From the NCBI GenBank assembly GCA_043228905.1, contig JBHGNT010000016.1:3596001-3660000 (forward strand): DNA of 64,000 bases, in the 5' to 3' direction. Source of the stretch: Azolla caroliniana. Its lineage: Eukaryota; Plantae; Polypodiophyta. Positions 1 through 14,145 of this stretch are shown here, one piece after another. The notes beneath the pieces are model-generated. The model was not told the DNA's origin. It ran no database searches and was given only the letters and a program-made list of their open reading frames with translations. Position 1 is the stretch's first letter. Each line of letters starts with the position of its first letter. Position numbers and translations under genes: made by a program.

Positions 1-1128
1 GCAAAGTTCTTGAGCATCAAGAGTAACTAGCCACTTTCACATTTATGAATGAAAATGTTATATTTTGGTCTCATAGGTCATATGTCTCCCTAGGCAAAGT
101 ATTCCCCAATGAAAAATCATATTATGTTGAGGTAAACAATCTTTATAGCATTATGTTAAATTTGGATAAACAATGGGCCTTGTAAGAAATAACGTATCAT
201 CGATATAATTCCAAACTAATGGATGGCTAAAGGTTTAAGTAGATGCTATGAAAACCTTATGATATAATCTATCATTTGAAATATCTTTATGAGATGAATC
301 CATGCACTGACAAAAACAATTTGAAGTTTCATTTATTTATAGAAGGGGTTAGGGATTGATGAGTAGTGTCTACTTCTTGAACATTCTCTCATAGATGAAA
401 TATGGATATAAGACCAACTCCTTTCCTACAAATTGCAACCATCACTAGAACCTAACTCCCTTGTGACTATCCGCACATGGAGGATGATTACATGACTATC
501 CGCACATGTGAATAGAAGATAATGCCTTTAAAAACTCCTTCCAAAGTTTCCACATACATTTGCAAGGATCCACCAAAATATCCTATTACAAACATAAAGC
601 TTGTCCCATATATTGTGTACCATCATATCATGAATCTTTGTAGTATTTCTATCCTTCCTCCTTGTGGTGGAAATAATTTAGTTTTACCTTTACCATAGTA
701 CCCTAGTATGCACTTGCTCATATGTGCAATTTCACATAGTGTAAGGTTATTTGTTTTCTCACAAACATCATTCAGGGAACTCATTCCTCACCTTGAATCT
801 AGGGAATAGTAGAATGACAAATCTAGTCCTTGGGACATATGTGTGTGATGCATACTTATTTTGCCCAAAATTCATGTTGTTGGTTCGCATTTTATGGTAT
901 CACAACAAAATGTATGTAAGCCTTTTGATATGTTTCTTTGTGTGTATGTTGTTAGAGGGAAATAGATAGATATATATTTTCTAAACGTCCACTTGAAACT
1001 AATTGTGATCCACGAGATTGGGGCTAAGCCCATCCCCAGGCTTTGAATTGTGTTGTGTGACTAGAGACTATGAAATTTATAATGGTTTTAAACGTGAACA
1101 AGTTATAAACCAAGATTGCTCGAGCTAG

Positions 1129-1129
<1 letters not shown>

Positions 1130-1197
<68 letters not shown>
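1130..1197. repeat. Compound microsatellite (GT)n(GA)n
   Basis: Directly visible. Confidence 0.95.
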
Positions 1198-1199
<2 letters not shown>

Positions 1200-1459
1200 G
1201 CAAAATATAATTTTACTTGATAATGATTTGAAACAACAAGAACAAGTGAAAAAGCAGCATATGTTCACAGGTTATTCAAGGAGCTAGAGGTAACTTCCTC
1301 ATAAAACTTATAGAACTACATGCTACTTGTTCAATACAAATATGAGGCAATTGATACAAGATCAAAACCTCAGTTGTGATCTTGTTTATAATAGTAATGG
1401 ATACTTAATAGATGCGACAAAATACAAATTAATATTAACTTATTGGGATCATAATTGTA

Positions 1460-1473
1460 TCATGCGCTAAAAC
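1460..1473 (-). CDS. nsLTP exon 2 (micro-exon giving C-terminus ...CAGFSA*)
   Basis: Pyrimidine-rich acceptor TGTTCTTTCTTGTGCAG| at 1474, then GT TTT AGC GCA TGA in phase with exon 1. Confidence 0.75.
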
Positions 1474-2040
1474 CTGCACAAGAAAGAACAACCAGATCGA
1501 GATCAAAAGAAGAACATTAAAAACAAATTTACCTTGATTTTTTTAATAATGTGAATCATCACCTTACTACTTATGTTGTACCTTCCTAAACGTTTTGTTA
1601 GTAGTTACCATACGTTTAAGCATCAAAAGTTTATAGAACCCCAACATTTGGGTTAGTTGTTGGAAGAGGAGGAATGAATAAGGTTTTGCCTCAACCACAT
1701 GACCTATCTAATTACTTGTAAGACGCATACATAGAGAATATACACTCGCATGTAATCATTGTTTCTTAGCACATGTATTTCACATGAGATCTTTTCCATG
1801 TGTGCATTGTTTTCCCTTAAATTGTGACATGACAAAGGGAAGATTTTGCATTACACATGTTCCCTTATAGTTTAATGCATTAGTCACGTATGCTCCTCCC
1901 ATGTAATTTGATACATTCATCATATATGTTTCTTTATATTTTAACACAATCATTACACATGTTTGCCACAATTTTCAACATTATGAACTTATATTTTAAC
2001 ATAGCGTGGGCAATTAATAATAACAACAAGAATTTTATAC

Positions 2041-2368
2041 CTGCACATCGTAGGCCCTTGGGGGTTCGGACTTGGCATGAGCTCTTGATGGAATTGGCAA
2101 CAGAGGGGTTGATACTATTAGCATAAGGAGAATTGGCGAGTTGAGCACAAAGACAAGGGAATGAGACAGTGCGGATGGAGTTGCAACAAGGGGATCCTAG
2201 GTTTGGGCGCCCACCACTCAACACCACGGGTGCACATCCTTGTATCACACTATTGAGCTCGTTTCCTGTGCAAGCAGCTGTTGCCCCTCCCACATTCATT
2301 TGCATGCCTACCATTACCATAATTGAGATCATCATTATGGTTGACACAACCTTCCACGTCATGGCCAT
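2041..2368 (-). CDS. Non-specific lipid transfer protein (8-Cys motif, type D-like), exon 1
   Basis: ATG at 2368, hydrophobic signal peptide, then C-x11-C-x15-CC-x9-CLC-x23-C-x9-C. Donor CAG|GTATAA at 2041/2040 lies 4 nt after the 8th Cys codon, the intron position seen in type D/G nsLTPs. Confidence 0.93.
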
Positions 2369-2504
2369 AGCTAAATTTGTTTAGGAATTGAGATCTATCT
2401 ATCTCCCCACACACAAACACACTAGGGGATTAAGTCACTTTGATGAGCTTAAAAGAGTATATATTTTTGGCTCGGTGTTATGATTGTTTGACACCCTCCC
2501 TCCA

Positions 2505-2514
2505 ATTTATAAAC
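2505..2514 (-). promoter_or_regulatory. Candidate TATA box of the nsLTP gene
   Basis: TTTATAAA about 140 bp upstream of the ATG, beside a poly-G/C run at 2525-2545. Confidence 0.4.
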
Positions 2515-5500
2515 TTTTGGCAATCCCCCCCCCCCCCCCCCCCCCACTTCTAGAAAACAAAATAAAATAAAACTCCTCATCTTCTTGTGACTTGTGAGTC
2601 CCATTCCTCTCATAAATAAAGGCCCCTTTGTTAGGTGGCATGTACATTAAAGTGAGTGCACATAGTTATAGCAAGACAAGCTATGCTTTCAATTCCTAAA
2701 GTTGGAGCTCTTTTATGCAAGACAAGCTATGCTTTCGTTGGTCGGCGTCAGGTTTTAGTACTTGGTTTTAGCTCTCAATAAATTGGGTTTGTGACAAACC
2801 ATAGCACTGTGCACATACTCTAGAGCTCACCCATGTGTCATATTAAGCATCTGTCACAACTTTGAAAAGGAGATGCATGTATCAACGCTTTCGAAAAGTC
2901 TTGGGAGACCCTATACTTTCAAAAAGTCTTGGGAAACAACATTCTTTGCAAAACAACATTATGGTCTTATTCTAGAATTGCCAAAAATATTTACTAGTAC
3001 AGTGTCTCGAGTTACTAATAAATAAATGTCATAGAACTTGGAGCTATATGTACCTCTTCATCTTCAATTATTTACTTCAAATGATAACAAAAATATATTG
3101 AACTTTGGTTAATTTCATGTACATTGTGTTCTTACTCTCATTGACTTTCTATTTGTACCGTAGTTTAAATGCATTAAATGGTTATGGGATGAATGTCATG
3201 GTGTACACTGTATACACCGAAAGAAGTCCAGACAATAGTTTTATGGAAAGTACACCTCTAGACTTAAGGAACAACAATCAACATTGAATACTTAAGTTTG
3301 TCATCCAAATCTCCTATTGAAATTTAAATAAGCTTCATCTCTAAAAAATTGAAATGCATTGAGAAACATCAATGTGTCAACATAAAATTGGATTGTTTTT
3401 TTTTTTCCAAAAAAAACATTGGATTGTTTTATAATAATATATGATAACATGATTACATTATTAGAGTTATATAGCTCTAGGAATCCCTATCTTTATTTTG
3501 GTCATGGTGAAAACATTAACCTACCATGAAACCATGAAAAGACTAGGAACAAGAGAACAAGAAATACTCTGAAAAGAAACAATACTTAAATTGATGACAA
3601 GTAGAACACTATACATAAACAAAACTTGAATGATGAAACTGTTGTTTTTAACCTCATGATGTTATGATTTTATATGCCTTGTTTGTATAGTGACCTATGA
3701 TGTAAGGAATATAACCTTATGACGAATGGACTAGATAAAGTTTCAAATAAAGCCCTTTAAAGTTAAGAACCACATGCGAAAAAAATGCACACGAGTGAAA
3801 CTACACTACCTAGTATGTGACACCCCAACATGCCAATGTTGGTCGAAACACATACCTTCCCAATTCATTTGTTTCAACGTAATGGGTTTTTCTTGCAAAG
3901 TTAAGAGCTCTTGCTTGGACATAATCATTTTCCAATGTTCCTCAAGCCTTGGTAAGATGCTTTGTAATGAGTCTTGCTCCCATGAGAGATGTTATTTGAC
4001 CTTTGTATTGATATAAGATCATCGTCACCAAGAGCATCTTTTCAATGTATGCATCATAGTAATCCAACAACTCAACGACAATGAAATGAAGGGATTTTTG
4101 TATAATGGGTGAAGTAAAGTTGTGAGCCTATAAATGGATCTCTAAACCTATTTTAATCAAGAAATGGATAAGAAAGTAATTGTAGGGAAGATGTGGAAGA
4201 AGAAGAGAGTTGGACAAGAGGATCAATTAGATCAATCCGTAAGAGGAAACTTGAAAGTACAAGAGAAGATGAGGGAATGAGTTTCAAAATAATGACCCCC
4301 GAGTCCCTCCACTTTATTTATTTTTATATAAAAAAAGTGGCCAAAATTCAAAAGCTTTTACTTTCTCGTAATAAGTTATAGAAATTCCCAACACTGCATT
4401 ATTAAATGTGTCATAACTTTGGGCACTTCTAATTACTTGGTCGAATGTTGGAATTTCTCACGCTTTTGCAGATTATTAAATGTGTTGTCAACAATTTTTT
4501 GTTATGTGAATCAAAAGTCTTTGAACTTCCGACACTACAAAAATGGTGTATACTAGAGGTACCAACACTAATAAAAACAACATATAGTCTTCCAAAGTAT
4601 CGACAATTCCAAAGTAGGGAAATTTTTGTTTTGTTTTAACACATCAAATTTCTAATTGTGTATCTTGTCATTCATCATCAAGATCAACATTGAAAGGAAC
4701 CTCAAGGTCTATTCATGAAAAGTGGAGCTCAATACTGAGATCATACATAGGCATGTATTCTTGAACCTAATGATTGAGTTTGATTGAGTTTCATGTTTGG
4801 GTGCACCTCCTTGTTGCCCTCTTGTTCATTATCTTATTCAACTTATCAACCCCATCATCAAAATGATTTGTAAGACCTAATTCATTCACAACCAATCTTG
4901 GTTTTGGAATACAATTTTTCAATCAAACGACAACTTGTACAATACACTACCATATGGGATGCACTTCACTCAAGAAGCAATAATGCCAATCACAACCTTG
5001 TGCAAAATCTTGTTTAGTGAGTATGTTGACAATAACGAGTCAACATCGAGATATGTTTTTGAGTTAGTTGGACAATAAGTGAAGAGTGCCATTGGTGGTT
5101 GACGTTGCATAAATCTACCATATTGTGATTCTCCAAAACAATAGAAAAAGTGTGATTGCCCTCGCTCAAAATCCGGTTTTTCACTCAAAGATAAAGGGGT
5201 GAATTTGTCACTTTATTTGAGATTGAATTGAGAAAAACTATATTACCTTAAAAGATTCTTCACTTATGGAGAAAGTTGCCCCTCTTTGTAGTGTCAGACC
5301 AAGGGCCTCAATGGAACTATTGATTTCCATGGACCCTTTCTTGAATATCAGTACACCATGACAATGTACCCCATCAAGTTTCAACACCCCTTTATAAGTT
5401 GTTTTTGTATGTATAGGTTTTGGTGTACATACAATGTATTTTATTCTACGTTGTAAGCCTTTAGGCAGACAACTTCAAGTTGCAGCCTTGACACGTTTCT

Positions 5501-5849
5501 AATACTCATACTCATTTTGAACGCCATTGTTGGGTTAATGTAGCTTGAGGAAGCAACAAACCAAGGATGAATATTGTTTGCCACTAAGTAGGGTTCATGG
5601 TGGATCATTGACCATAGGTTACCATTAGAGAGTGGTTTGAGGATAGTGGTACATACCCATTGGGTGGGACAGAGTTTTGGGGTTCCTACACCAACATATA
5701 AATTCCAACACCGTATAGATGTGGATTGTGTCTACACGATGTAGGGTGTAGATATAGTAAACTTCCACTCATGTGTTGGCCTTTGGTGGGACATTGATGT
5801 AAATAGGACACTAGAAGGGAAAGTGAATCTGTGTTCAAAAGACTTCCGT

Positions 5850-6978
5850 TACATAATATAGTCTCTTGGCAATACTGATTTCAAGATATGCTGGAAATGA
5901 GTGTGGGGAGGATGCTCTAAAATGCCACTCACGTAGACATTCAGAAGGTATATCTCCTAATGTCGTGGCTAGTATTCGAGTAGTAGAAAAAGGACAATAA
6001 GTGCACAACAGTATATGCAAATAGGGTTTGAAACATGATCTTGTAATTAGTAATATGCTCGTTGATATGTATGCAAAATTTGGATTACTTGAAACTACTC
6101 AAGTAGGTTTTTGGATCATGTTCCAGCTCGATTTGTAGTCTCTTGGAATGCATTGTTCACTGGCTATATTCAATTTCACAATTGTGATAAGGTCTTTGTT
6201 TATTTCAAGTTCATGATCAAATTGCTAGAAGGGGATTTGTGAGAAGGATGTTATGTTATGCTTGAAAAAACACAAAAAGTGCATGGTGAGCTTCTTGTTA
6301 AGACTCTATACTCTTCGAATCACTAATTACTCTTGTTAGAAATGGTTACAAAGGAATGAACTATTTCTAGAAGATGCAAAGTGAGGGTCTCTCACTAGAT
6401 AGGATCACATATATTTGCATCTTGAAGGCTTGTGGAAACACTAGATCTATTGTAAAAGGGGAAAAGATTCATGATGATGGTATAAATAAAGGTCTCTTCA
6501 TGGAGGAGGATATCATGCTCAACAATGCTTTGGTGAATGCAAAAGATTGATTGGAAAAAGATCCTTTTGTTGGTACCGTAAATGTGGAGCAATAATTGAA
6601 GCCCAAGAGCTTTTTTATGATTTATTGTTGGTTGGAGATGTGGTACAATGGCTTGCCATGTTATTGGGCTATATTGAGCATGATAAGAATGAGGATGCTA
6701 TCCTTGAATGCTTGTGCAAGGTCTCTTACCTAATATGATGGCATTTTCTGGTATGTTGAAAGCATGTGGCAACATGGGAGAATTGGTAGTACATACTGAA
6801 ACAAAATTAGATTTTGAGATGGATCTCAATTAAATGAAGGATCCATGGCTAGCCATTGTCTTACACAAGCTGGGCTTGGGAAGGATAATCATTTCTTTTC
6901 CATCTATTTTGTAGTTTGTAGCTGATATGCCTTTTTTAAAACTAATGGAAGGATATTTTGTTTTGAAAAAAGAAGAAG
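5850..6978 (+). pseudogene. Degenerate PLS-class PPR fragment mosaic ending in a shared LINE-like 3' tail (copy A)
   Basis: Translatable motifs LVDMYAKFGLLE (~6057), VVSWNALFTGY (~6135) and LKACGNTRSIVKGEKIHD (~6422), with frameshifts and stops. The last ~140 bp plus A-rich tail recur at ~21830, ~40000 and ~56090 (minus). Confidence 0.75.
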
Positions 6979-7119
6979 AGGGAAAGCCAATCGAGTTACT
7001 CTAGTGTGCACTGTGGACCCAAGTATAAATCTAGGAATTTAAGGCTTGGGAGCGTGGTGATGTGCTTTGAGAGTTTATCCTTTTAGATATATATGTATGT
7101 AGATAGATATATGTGTACC

Positions 7120-7162
7120 GAGTGAGTGAGTGAGTGAGTGAGTGAGTGAGTGAGTGAGTGAG
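7120..7162. repeat. (GAGT)n microsatellite
   Basis: Directly visible. Confidence 0.95.
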
Positions 7163-8699
7163 GTCTTGCATCTATTGTTGTGATTCGTAAATAGTGAAGT
7201 TGTCATCTCTAACATTCTTAATTGAATTTGTGTGTTGTCTCATCATGTCATTGTCAATCATCTTTTCTATAATCATGATATAGAATCTTTTAGATCTTGT
7301 GAGATTCGTTCAAATTGTATGGTAGCATAATTCTATTACCTTGTGCACTATGTGAGCTTTGTGCGCAACAACTAAGGGGCATTGAACATTATTCCTATTA
7401 CTAGTGTATAGTGTATATGTAATAGTGCAACGAATAAAGAATGGCTATCAATGCAAAACAAGTGGATACCCCCCAAAAGTCACTCATAGATGAACATATG
7501 CAAAACAACTAAGTTATATTTTCCCATAGAACTACACTAAAGGGTAAACATATATACCAAGACAAAGACCGTTCTACATAAGATAGTAGTTGTTTAAGGA
7601 TGCCTTTAAAACCATAAACTTAGCTACATATCTTCATGCTCATTCAATGTGAAGGATTAAATCATCAAATGTAATTGAATATGGATGAGAGAACACACAT
7701 CAACCTAAGTTGTGGACATGGTGTAGAACATGGGGGTCAAGCAAAATGGTAATGCTTTTTCCAGAAGAATTAGGAGATGTTGTACACATCATAAAGGCAA
7801 ATGAAGGGGTTCAATATATGTGGAATTAAATATGCACAAAATGAACTCGTGATGTTCATGTTGCATCATGCTATTTTTGCTTAGTGGGGTCTAAATTCAG
7901 CCCCCAAGGGGATCTCGATACTTCTCAATAAATCTTAGTGTCGAACATTCACACCTTAGCACTTCAACTTCCACTATCCTCCAGCCAACCCCTCAAGCAT
8001 ACGTTCTCTTGCAATGAAATATTGCAATGAACGTTTGTTTTTCCATGGTGATTTGTGGAGGCTATTGAGAAGTCATACAAAATCAACAAGTAAAGTCATG
8101 GAACGTAAATTTGGATCTAAATTGTCAATGATTGTGATTTAATGAAATATAACGTCTTTGAAGGGTCTACATTTTTTTACGGTTGTGATTGAATGAAACA
8201 ATAATGAGGATATGATGTAGCGATTGAAAGTTCCGCAATCGTAACAAAAGGATAAGAAGAATCTAGAAAGTATTGAATACTCAAAGGGAGCTAACATCTA
8301 TTAAATGAGATGAGATATAATAATAAAAGTTGGACAATGCACTAATTTCCTTGGGAAACTTCAATAGTCAAATATATGGAATACATTGCTAATGTTGCAT
8401 TGATGGGGCACATGTCCCATACAAGAAAATAGTGGTATGCGTCACCCATCATGGCTATAAGAAAAATGGCAAGCTAGTTATGTTAATAATGGCAATGCAA
8501 ATAATATATAGCTTTCACTACAGAATCTTTTGAAAACATAAGTAAAAATGATAAAATGCTAATAAAACATGGAATGTGAAATTCCTCCAAGAGTTCATTT
8601 AACATATAATCCTAAGTACATAATGAAATTTTGAAATTGATATGTCAAAATACATTGAGCATATAGAATTCAAGATTGTTTCTCAAAATTTTCTTATAC

Positions 8700-10650
8700 A
8701 AATGTAGAAAAAGCTACCCTTTGGTAATTACTACATTGCTTACGGTAAAGCATTTAGCATTAATCTTCTTAGAGAAATAGAAGAAGAAATCCTTTAACCT
8801 ATGGTATGTGAATTTAAAGAAGAGTTCAAGAAAAGTTGAAAAGTGGGTTTTATACTTTGACATTTGAATGTTTTTGCCCTTGGGCCTTGTCATACTTACA
8901 TTGGTCACAAGGCTCTTCTATTCTAGCTTTTCATGTATTACACTCTTTTCCTTGTACATTGCATCTCCGTAGTCTTGTACCCATGATAAGATTTGACGCA
9001 TGAGGTCTAGAGTTTATAATGAGTATAAAACAAATAAGCTCATGGATCTTTCTTTGTTTTCACTTCATGAACACTAATTAACTAATGACATGTGCTCACC
9101 AAGATCATCATTCCATCGGAATGTTCTACATATTGCACCAAGTGGAAAGTGTACACTTTCCTACACCTATTAGAGTTTCAATTGTCATATTCTCGAGTGT
9201 GTATTACCCATCAAGAACAAATAAGGTTGGGACATACACCGATGCTTGAAGTATCTCCCTATATTGTTTGAAAATTCATAATTGGCAATCCACACATGGC
9301 ATATTCTCTATGTTACCCTTGTTGGTAACTAATTTGTGTTTATGTTGTAACCTTGGTATAATTTCCCCTTTGTTGCTTGTGTGAAATGATATCTTATCAT
9401 GGTAAACAGTTCTCACAACTTCCCATATGCTTATAGACACATCAAATGAATTTATGGAGAAGCCAAACAAGGAAGCTGCTTTATCATCCTCAGCATCTTG
9501 TGTGGTTATGTTTTAACCATGGGTCATGACTCATATATACACATTTTTCCTTGCATTTCATAATCCAATGTCAAGGTGGTGTTACGTGTAGATCAAACCA
9601 AACATGCTTCATGTATTTTCAAGTTTGCATGTTTTTTGCTATTTCTATCTATTGGAGAAATGTCAAAGTTGTGCATTCTTTCAGAAGCAAGACAATATCA
9701 TATTTTTCATGAGCAAGTATAAACAAATGCCATAAATTTCTATTTACATTCAAATCTTACTCCATATGGAACATCAAGTTGAAAATGCTTCATGTATTTT
9801 ACCATGTTGCTTCTTTCCATCCACCAAGGAATGCCCAAATTGCTCATCCTTAGTGAAGATGCACATTCTCCTCTTTTTCCCAAACATGTAGAAAGAAATG
9901 CTATTGTAAATGCATATAATTAAAGGTGTGCAACCATTTAGGAGAAGGTGCATCAAATAGATTTCTCCATAGTGTGCCAATAAGAATAACATAACATGAG
10001 ACAGCTTTTTATTTACATTGGATAAAATATCAATCCACACTCCTCAAATTGGACTAAGATCGTTGGCAACGGCATAATATTTATAGAATATGCTCAACAC
10101 TGTTGCCCATAGAACATGATGTCTTCATAAGAACATATTGAAGAGAACAAAATGCATAGTAATGCTGATGCTAACTTCAATTTTGTATATACTTTCTAGG
10201 ATTCCATTGAGTACGAAATTTACATTGAAAGTTTTCATGACAATAGACCTACATACACTGAGCACAAGTGATCCATTCACCACATGAGTTGAACAAATGT
10301 AAAACTCCATGCAAAAGACACGAGGTACCTTCTTATTGTTTCGATGGATTGCTAAATTATGGAAGGATGCAATACTTTACAAATGATATTAGACAGATCG
10401 TTTGCTTTTTTCTTGTAACATACTTTAGGCTATCACTCAAAAAATTTAAACATGACATTATTCTAAGCATCCAATGTTTCTCATTCGATGTATACATATA
10501 ACAACGCATATATTGAAAACGTTGACCATCACAATGCACAACATTTGACCAGATCTCATTATCTTCCAAGACAGCCATACCAGATTCTTTAATACATAGC
10601 ACTGCATTCAACTACTGCAAGGTCATTCAAACTTGGCTAAAAGAAGGCAG
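8700..10650 (-). mobile_element. Possible highly decayed hAT-type transposase remnant
   Basis: Fragment LVDGKKQHGKIHEA resembles the hAT/DUF659 LRLVDG..MGYIYEA motif. Other motifs are only faintly recognisable and the boundaries are uncertain. Confidence 0.3.
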
Positions 10651-11589
10651 TGATAATGGAGGAACCACTGAATTTATATCAGATCAACCTGTCCTCCAGC
10701 TCCAAGGGAACTTGAAACATGTCAACATTATGGTTAGGTGTGGCTCACTTTCACAAGAGTGAACATGTCCCTGTCACTATGGTTTCTTCAAATTTCTTTA
10801 GTAGCAATACAAACAATCTATAGCATATCTAGTGAAAAAAGGATATATTGTTCCAATACAATACCATTTCCCATCGTTCTTGAGGTGATACTTTGACAAA
10901 CCATTCCATCATCATGAAGAAGAGTCTGAAGTCACATGAAGAGGTAGCATTATGATGACTACAATTCCTTTCAGATCAACAAACCAGGGAAGGATTTTTG
11001 CCTAGAAATCCGTAACTGTTAATAGAACTTTTTTAAGTTGAGAAGAATGAAACCCCACTCTTTAACTGGGGGCTTGCATAGTCTTTACAATTGCAATACT
11101 GAAAACATACTCGTAAATGGGACCCTTAATCACACATTAATGTTTACCATGAAGACATTATACTCTCGCCTTGAACTGCATCATTATTAGTTTGCAGATA
11201 ATTGCGTCAACAAGGACAGTGGAATACACGTAAGATTGACCTATTAAGTCATTATGAATGTATCCATTTCACAAGCAAATTGAAAATTCTCCCATCTTAA
11301 CTTTAAATGGGCACCTAAAGTTCACATCCATCCAATAAGAAGCATATATTGAATTCCAAGTATACATCTAAATGCAAGATTACAAGGAGCATGATGAAAA
11401 GGATATATATATGCAACCAAAAAATAGATTCTAGACACTGTAGCAAGCAATAAGCATTTCGTGATCATTGCCCCTAGTCAGTGTGACTTGTTTTTGTGGT
11501 ATGTTGTTCGAACTTTCCAATTGTTCATATTAACAACAAGCCCATCAATGTAAACTAAAAACACAAGATATTTGTTCGGTGCTTTTTCT

Positions 11590-11751
11590 TTACCGTGAGT
11601 TCTCAATGGGCTCGACAGTTGTCTTGAACAACAAGACAGACACCTTGTCCAAGGAGAAGTAAACAAACCCTCCTAAGGAATGCGTTACAAATGATCCAAA
11701 ACTTGTTCCGACAATACAATGCCATGCAGGACCATAGACATTGTCGAATTC
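11590..11751 (-). CDS. Dynein light chain type 1 (LC8 family) protein, exon 2
   Basis: Acceptor TTTTCAG| at 11752; [25 protein letters not shown] is the LC8 signature; stop at 11590. Confidence 0.95.
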   Translation of the reverse strand, partial: EFDNVYGPAWHCIVGTSFGSFVTHSLGGFVYFSLDKVSVLLFKTTVEPIENSR

Positions 11752-13714
11752 CTGAAAAGCAAATAATATAAGAGTGAACCATGAATGACAAGAATCATAT
11801 ATCATGTTAAACATTATAATTTCATGTGCATAGCTTAATATAATATGCGGTTAGCATTGCACTTTCCTAAACTACATAATTAGCCTAGCACAAGGAAGAT
11901 CTGGATTATGTGGTTAGGATTGCATTCGTCTAAATACATATATAGCCTAATAACCATAAGAATGAACCAAAAAGGGTAAGCATACCACTCAATGTGTATC
12001 AGACAAGGGTGTGCATTATTCTCCTAATTGCATAACTAACCTAATTTAAATCATCAATTAGTGAATCGTGTACCTTCGGTTCAGTGAAGAAGAAAACACA
12101 AATTACCAAACTATACTCTACTGACCATATGAAGCTAGCTCCATAAATAAGAGAGGGTGGTGTAATCACGATTCATGAATAATAAAAATGAAGGATTAAC
12201 TATGCACATGGGTATATGTAGTCTTTATATACACGGTCTATGGCATATACCATAGCATAGCAATCCTAACCATAGACAAAATAGCCTAGTTCTATGTCCA
12301 AACCAAATATATCTTAACATCGTTTGGAATCCCGAAGAGCAGTAGAACAACAATCAGACTATCAACTTAACTACAGCGTTAGAAATGCTCAATAATCGAT
12401 GAAACACAGGAATAATCTCTAAGACTCTACTTCAAATCCAGGAGGCTAGATTCATCCTGAACAAGGAAGCGAGCATCAAGTTGCCCCAAAGCACCTCTTT
12501 GAGCACTTCTTTATTGATAATTATCAGGGACAGATACAATAAGATAAGATTCAACAGCCTAACTAGCAACACGGCCTTCAGTGTAACCGTATTTAAGCAA
12601 CTAAACCCTGCATGTACAGCTTTAAAATGCTGTCCACTGAGAAAAGTAGGAAAGAGATCAAATCAGCTGTGAAACCTGCTCCTTGGAACTGTGCAAAGCA
12701 ATGTTGAATGGAAGTCTACGTTAGTAAATTCTAACAGATGGCATAAACTATAGTGTGTAAGCCATTCTAATTTATTCATCATGCTGATAGTTATCTAGAA
12801 AACAATACAAGATGATGGTGTGAGTGCATATTTGTGCTCAATATTTACATTCTAGACACAAACAAAAGTTCACAACAATGGCACTCACTGTTTTCTTTTT
12901 ATTTATTTTAGAGTATTTTGAAGAGCAAGTTAAACTTCTTGTAGGGTTCAGTAGCATATTTATTTGCCTCAAAACCTTATAGCTTGTATGCAGAAAGTGG
13001 AACTTTCTTCCCTATCTCTATTATCTCAAAAGCATACTTGTTGGTAAACTCATATTATTGTAGGCACATTAATTAATAGTAAATAGTGTTCACGTGTGCT
13101 TTATGCTCTGAAACATAGCCTTTGCGCAAACTTAAATTTGTAGAATTGGCTCCTTCGCACAGGTATCACTCGTGTTCACAAACAAAGCTTTCAAAAACAT
13201 ATTTTTCATCTTAGGGCCCAGCCACTGACTACGGACTGACTACGGACTTGAGCATCCTAAAGTACTACAAGATATTCTACATTGTTCCAGGTTTATCTTC
13301 TTCCTTACAAGAAAAAAATGATCTTGCATGCTGATTCTACATATGATAGTCAACATCATTCATTTTCTATTTTTATCACGAAAGATAAAAATTAAATCCA
13401 TGGGTGTTTCCCAAGGTCTAGCTGGGATTGGCAAAGACTGGCATAGCCCCGGTGCCATTTTTCTATCATGTCTAACCTATTGATAAATTATGCACATCCA
13501 TGCAAATGTTTCAATCTCTTGTGGCAAAGTTGGTCAAACTCTTTCACAGTGACATCATTCCATGATGTTAACATAAAGACGCATGACTCTCGACTAAAAC
13601 TTAGGCCTTGACTGCTTTGTGACACACAACTTTATATGCATCCTAACAAATCCACCTCTGAGATGCCATCTTTCTTCAACACTAAAAGTACTGATTCAGC
13701 CCCTCGTCTAACAA

Positions 13715-14145
13715 TTGGCAACAGCTCGGTTCAGTTGGGTTTGGTTCGAGAGTGTCAAAACCAAACTGGTTTAAACCAAATCGTTTAAAAATTTTCAAAC
13801 TTGACCCAAAGCGAACCATGAAACCATTTAAACCAAACCATTACAAAAAATCTAAACCGTTAAAACCGTGGTTTCAAGGTTTGGTTTCGGTTTTCAAGTT
13901 AGGTCAAAATTCAAATATTCATTTTTAAATTTAAAATTTTTAAAATTTTTCATTATTTCAAATTTTAATTTTTCAAAAATTTAAAGATTTTTTCCTAAAA
14001 TGTGAGAATTAGGCTTTAAAAAGAAAAGGTTGTTCAAAAAATTATTTTAAAAAAAAAACAACTGCCAACCGTAAACCATCGAACTGTTTAAACCGTGCTT
14101 TCAAACCGTTAAAACGAACCGAACCATTCACGGCCCGTTCAAAAG
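13715..14145. mobile_element. MITE-like non-autonomous element rich in AAACCG/CGGTT motifs, in the dynein light chain intron
   Basis: GGTT-rich left end mirrored by AACCGAACC motifs at the right end, around an AT-rich core. No clean TIR or TSD resolved. Confidence 0.55.

Noticed and set aside
5850-6830. Intact PPR gene
   Set aside because: Motifs are scattered over several frames with stops; treated as a pseudogenic repeat.
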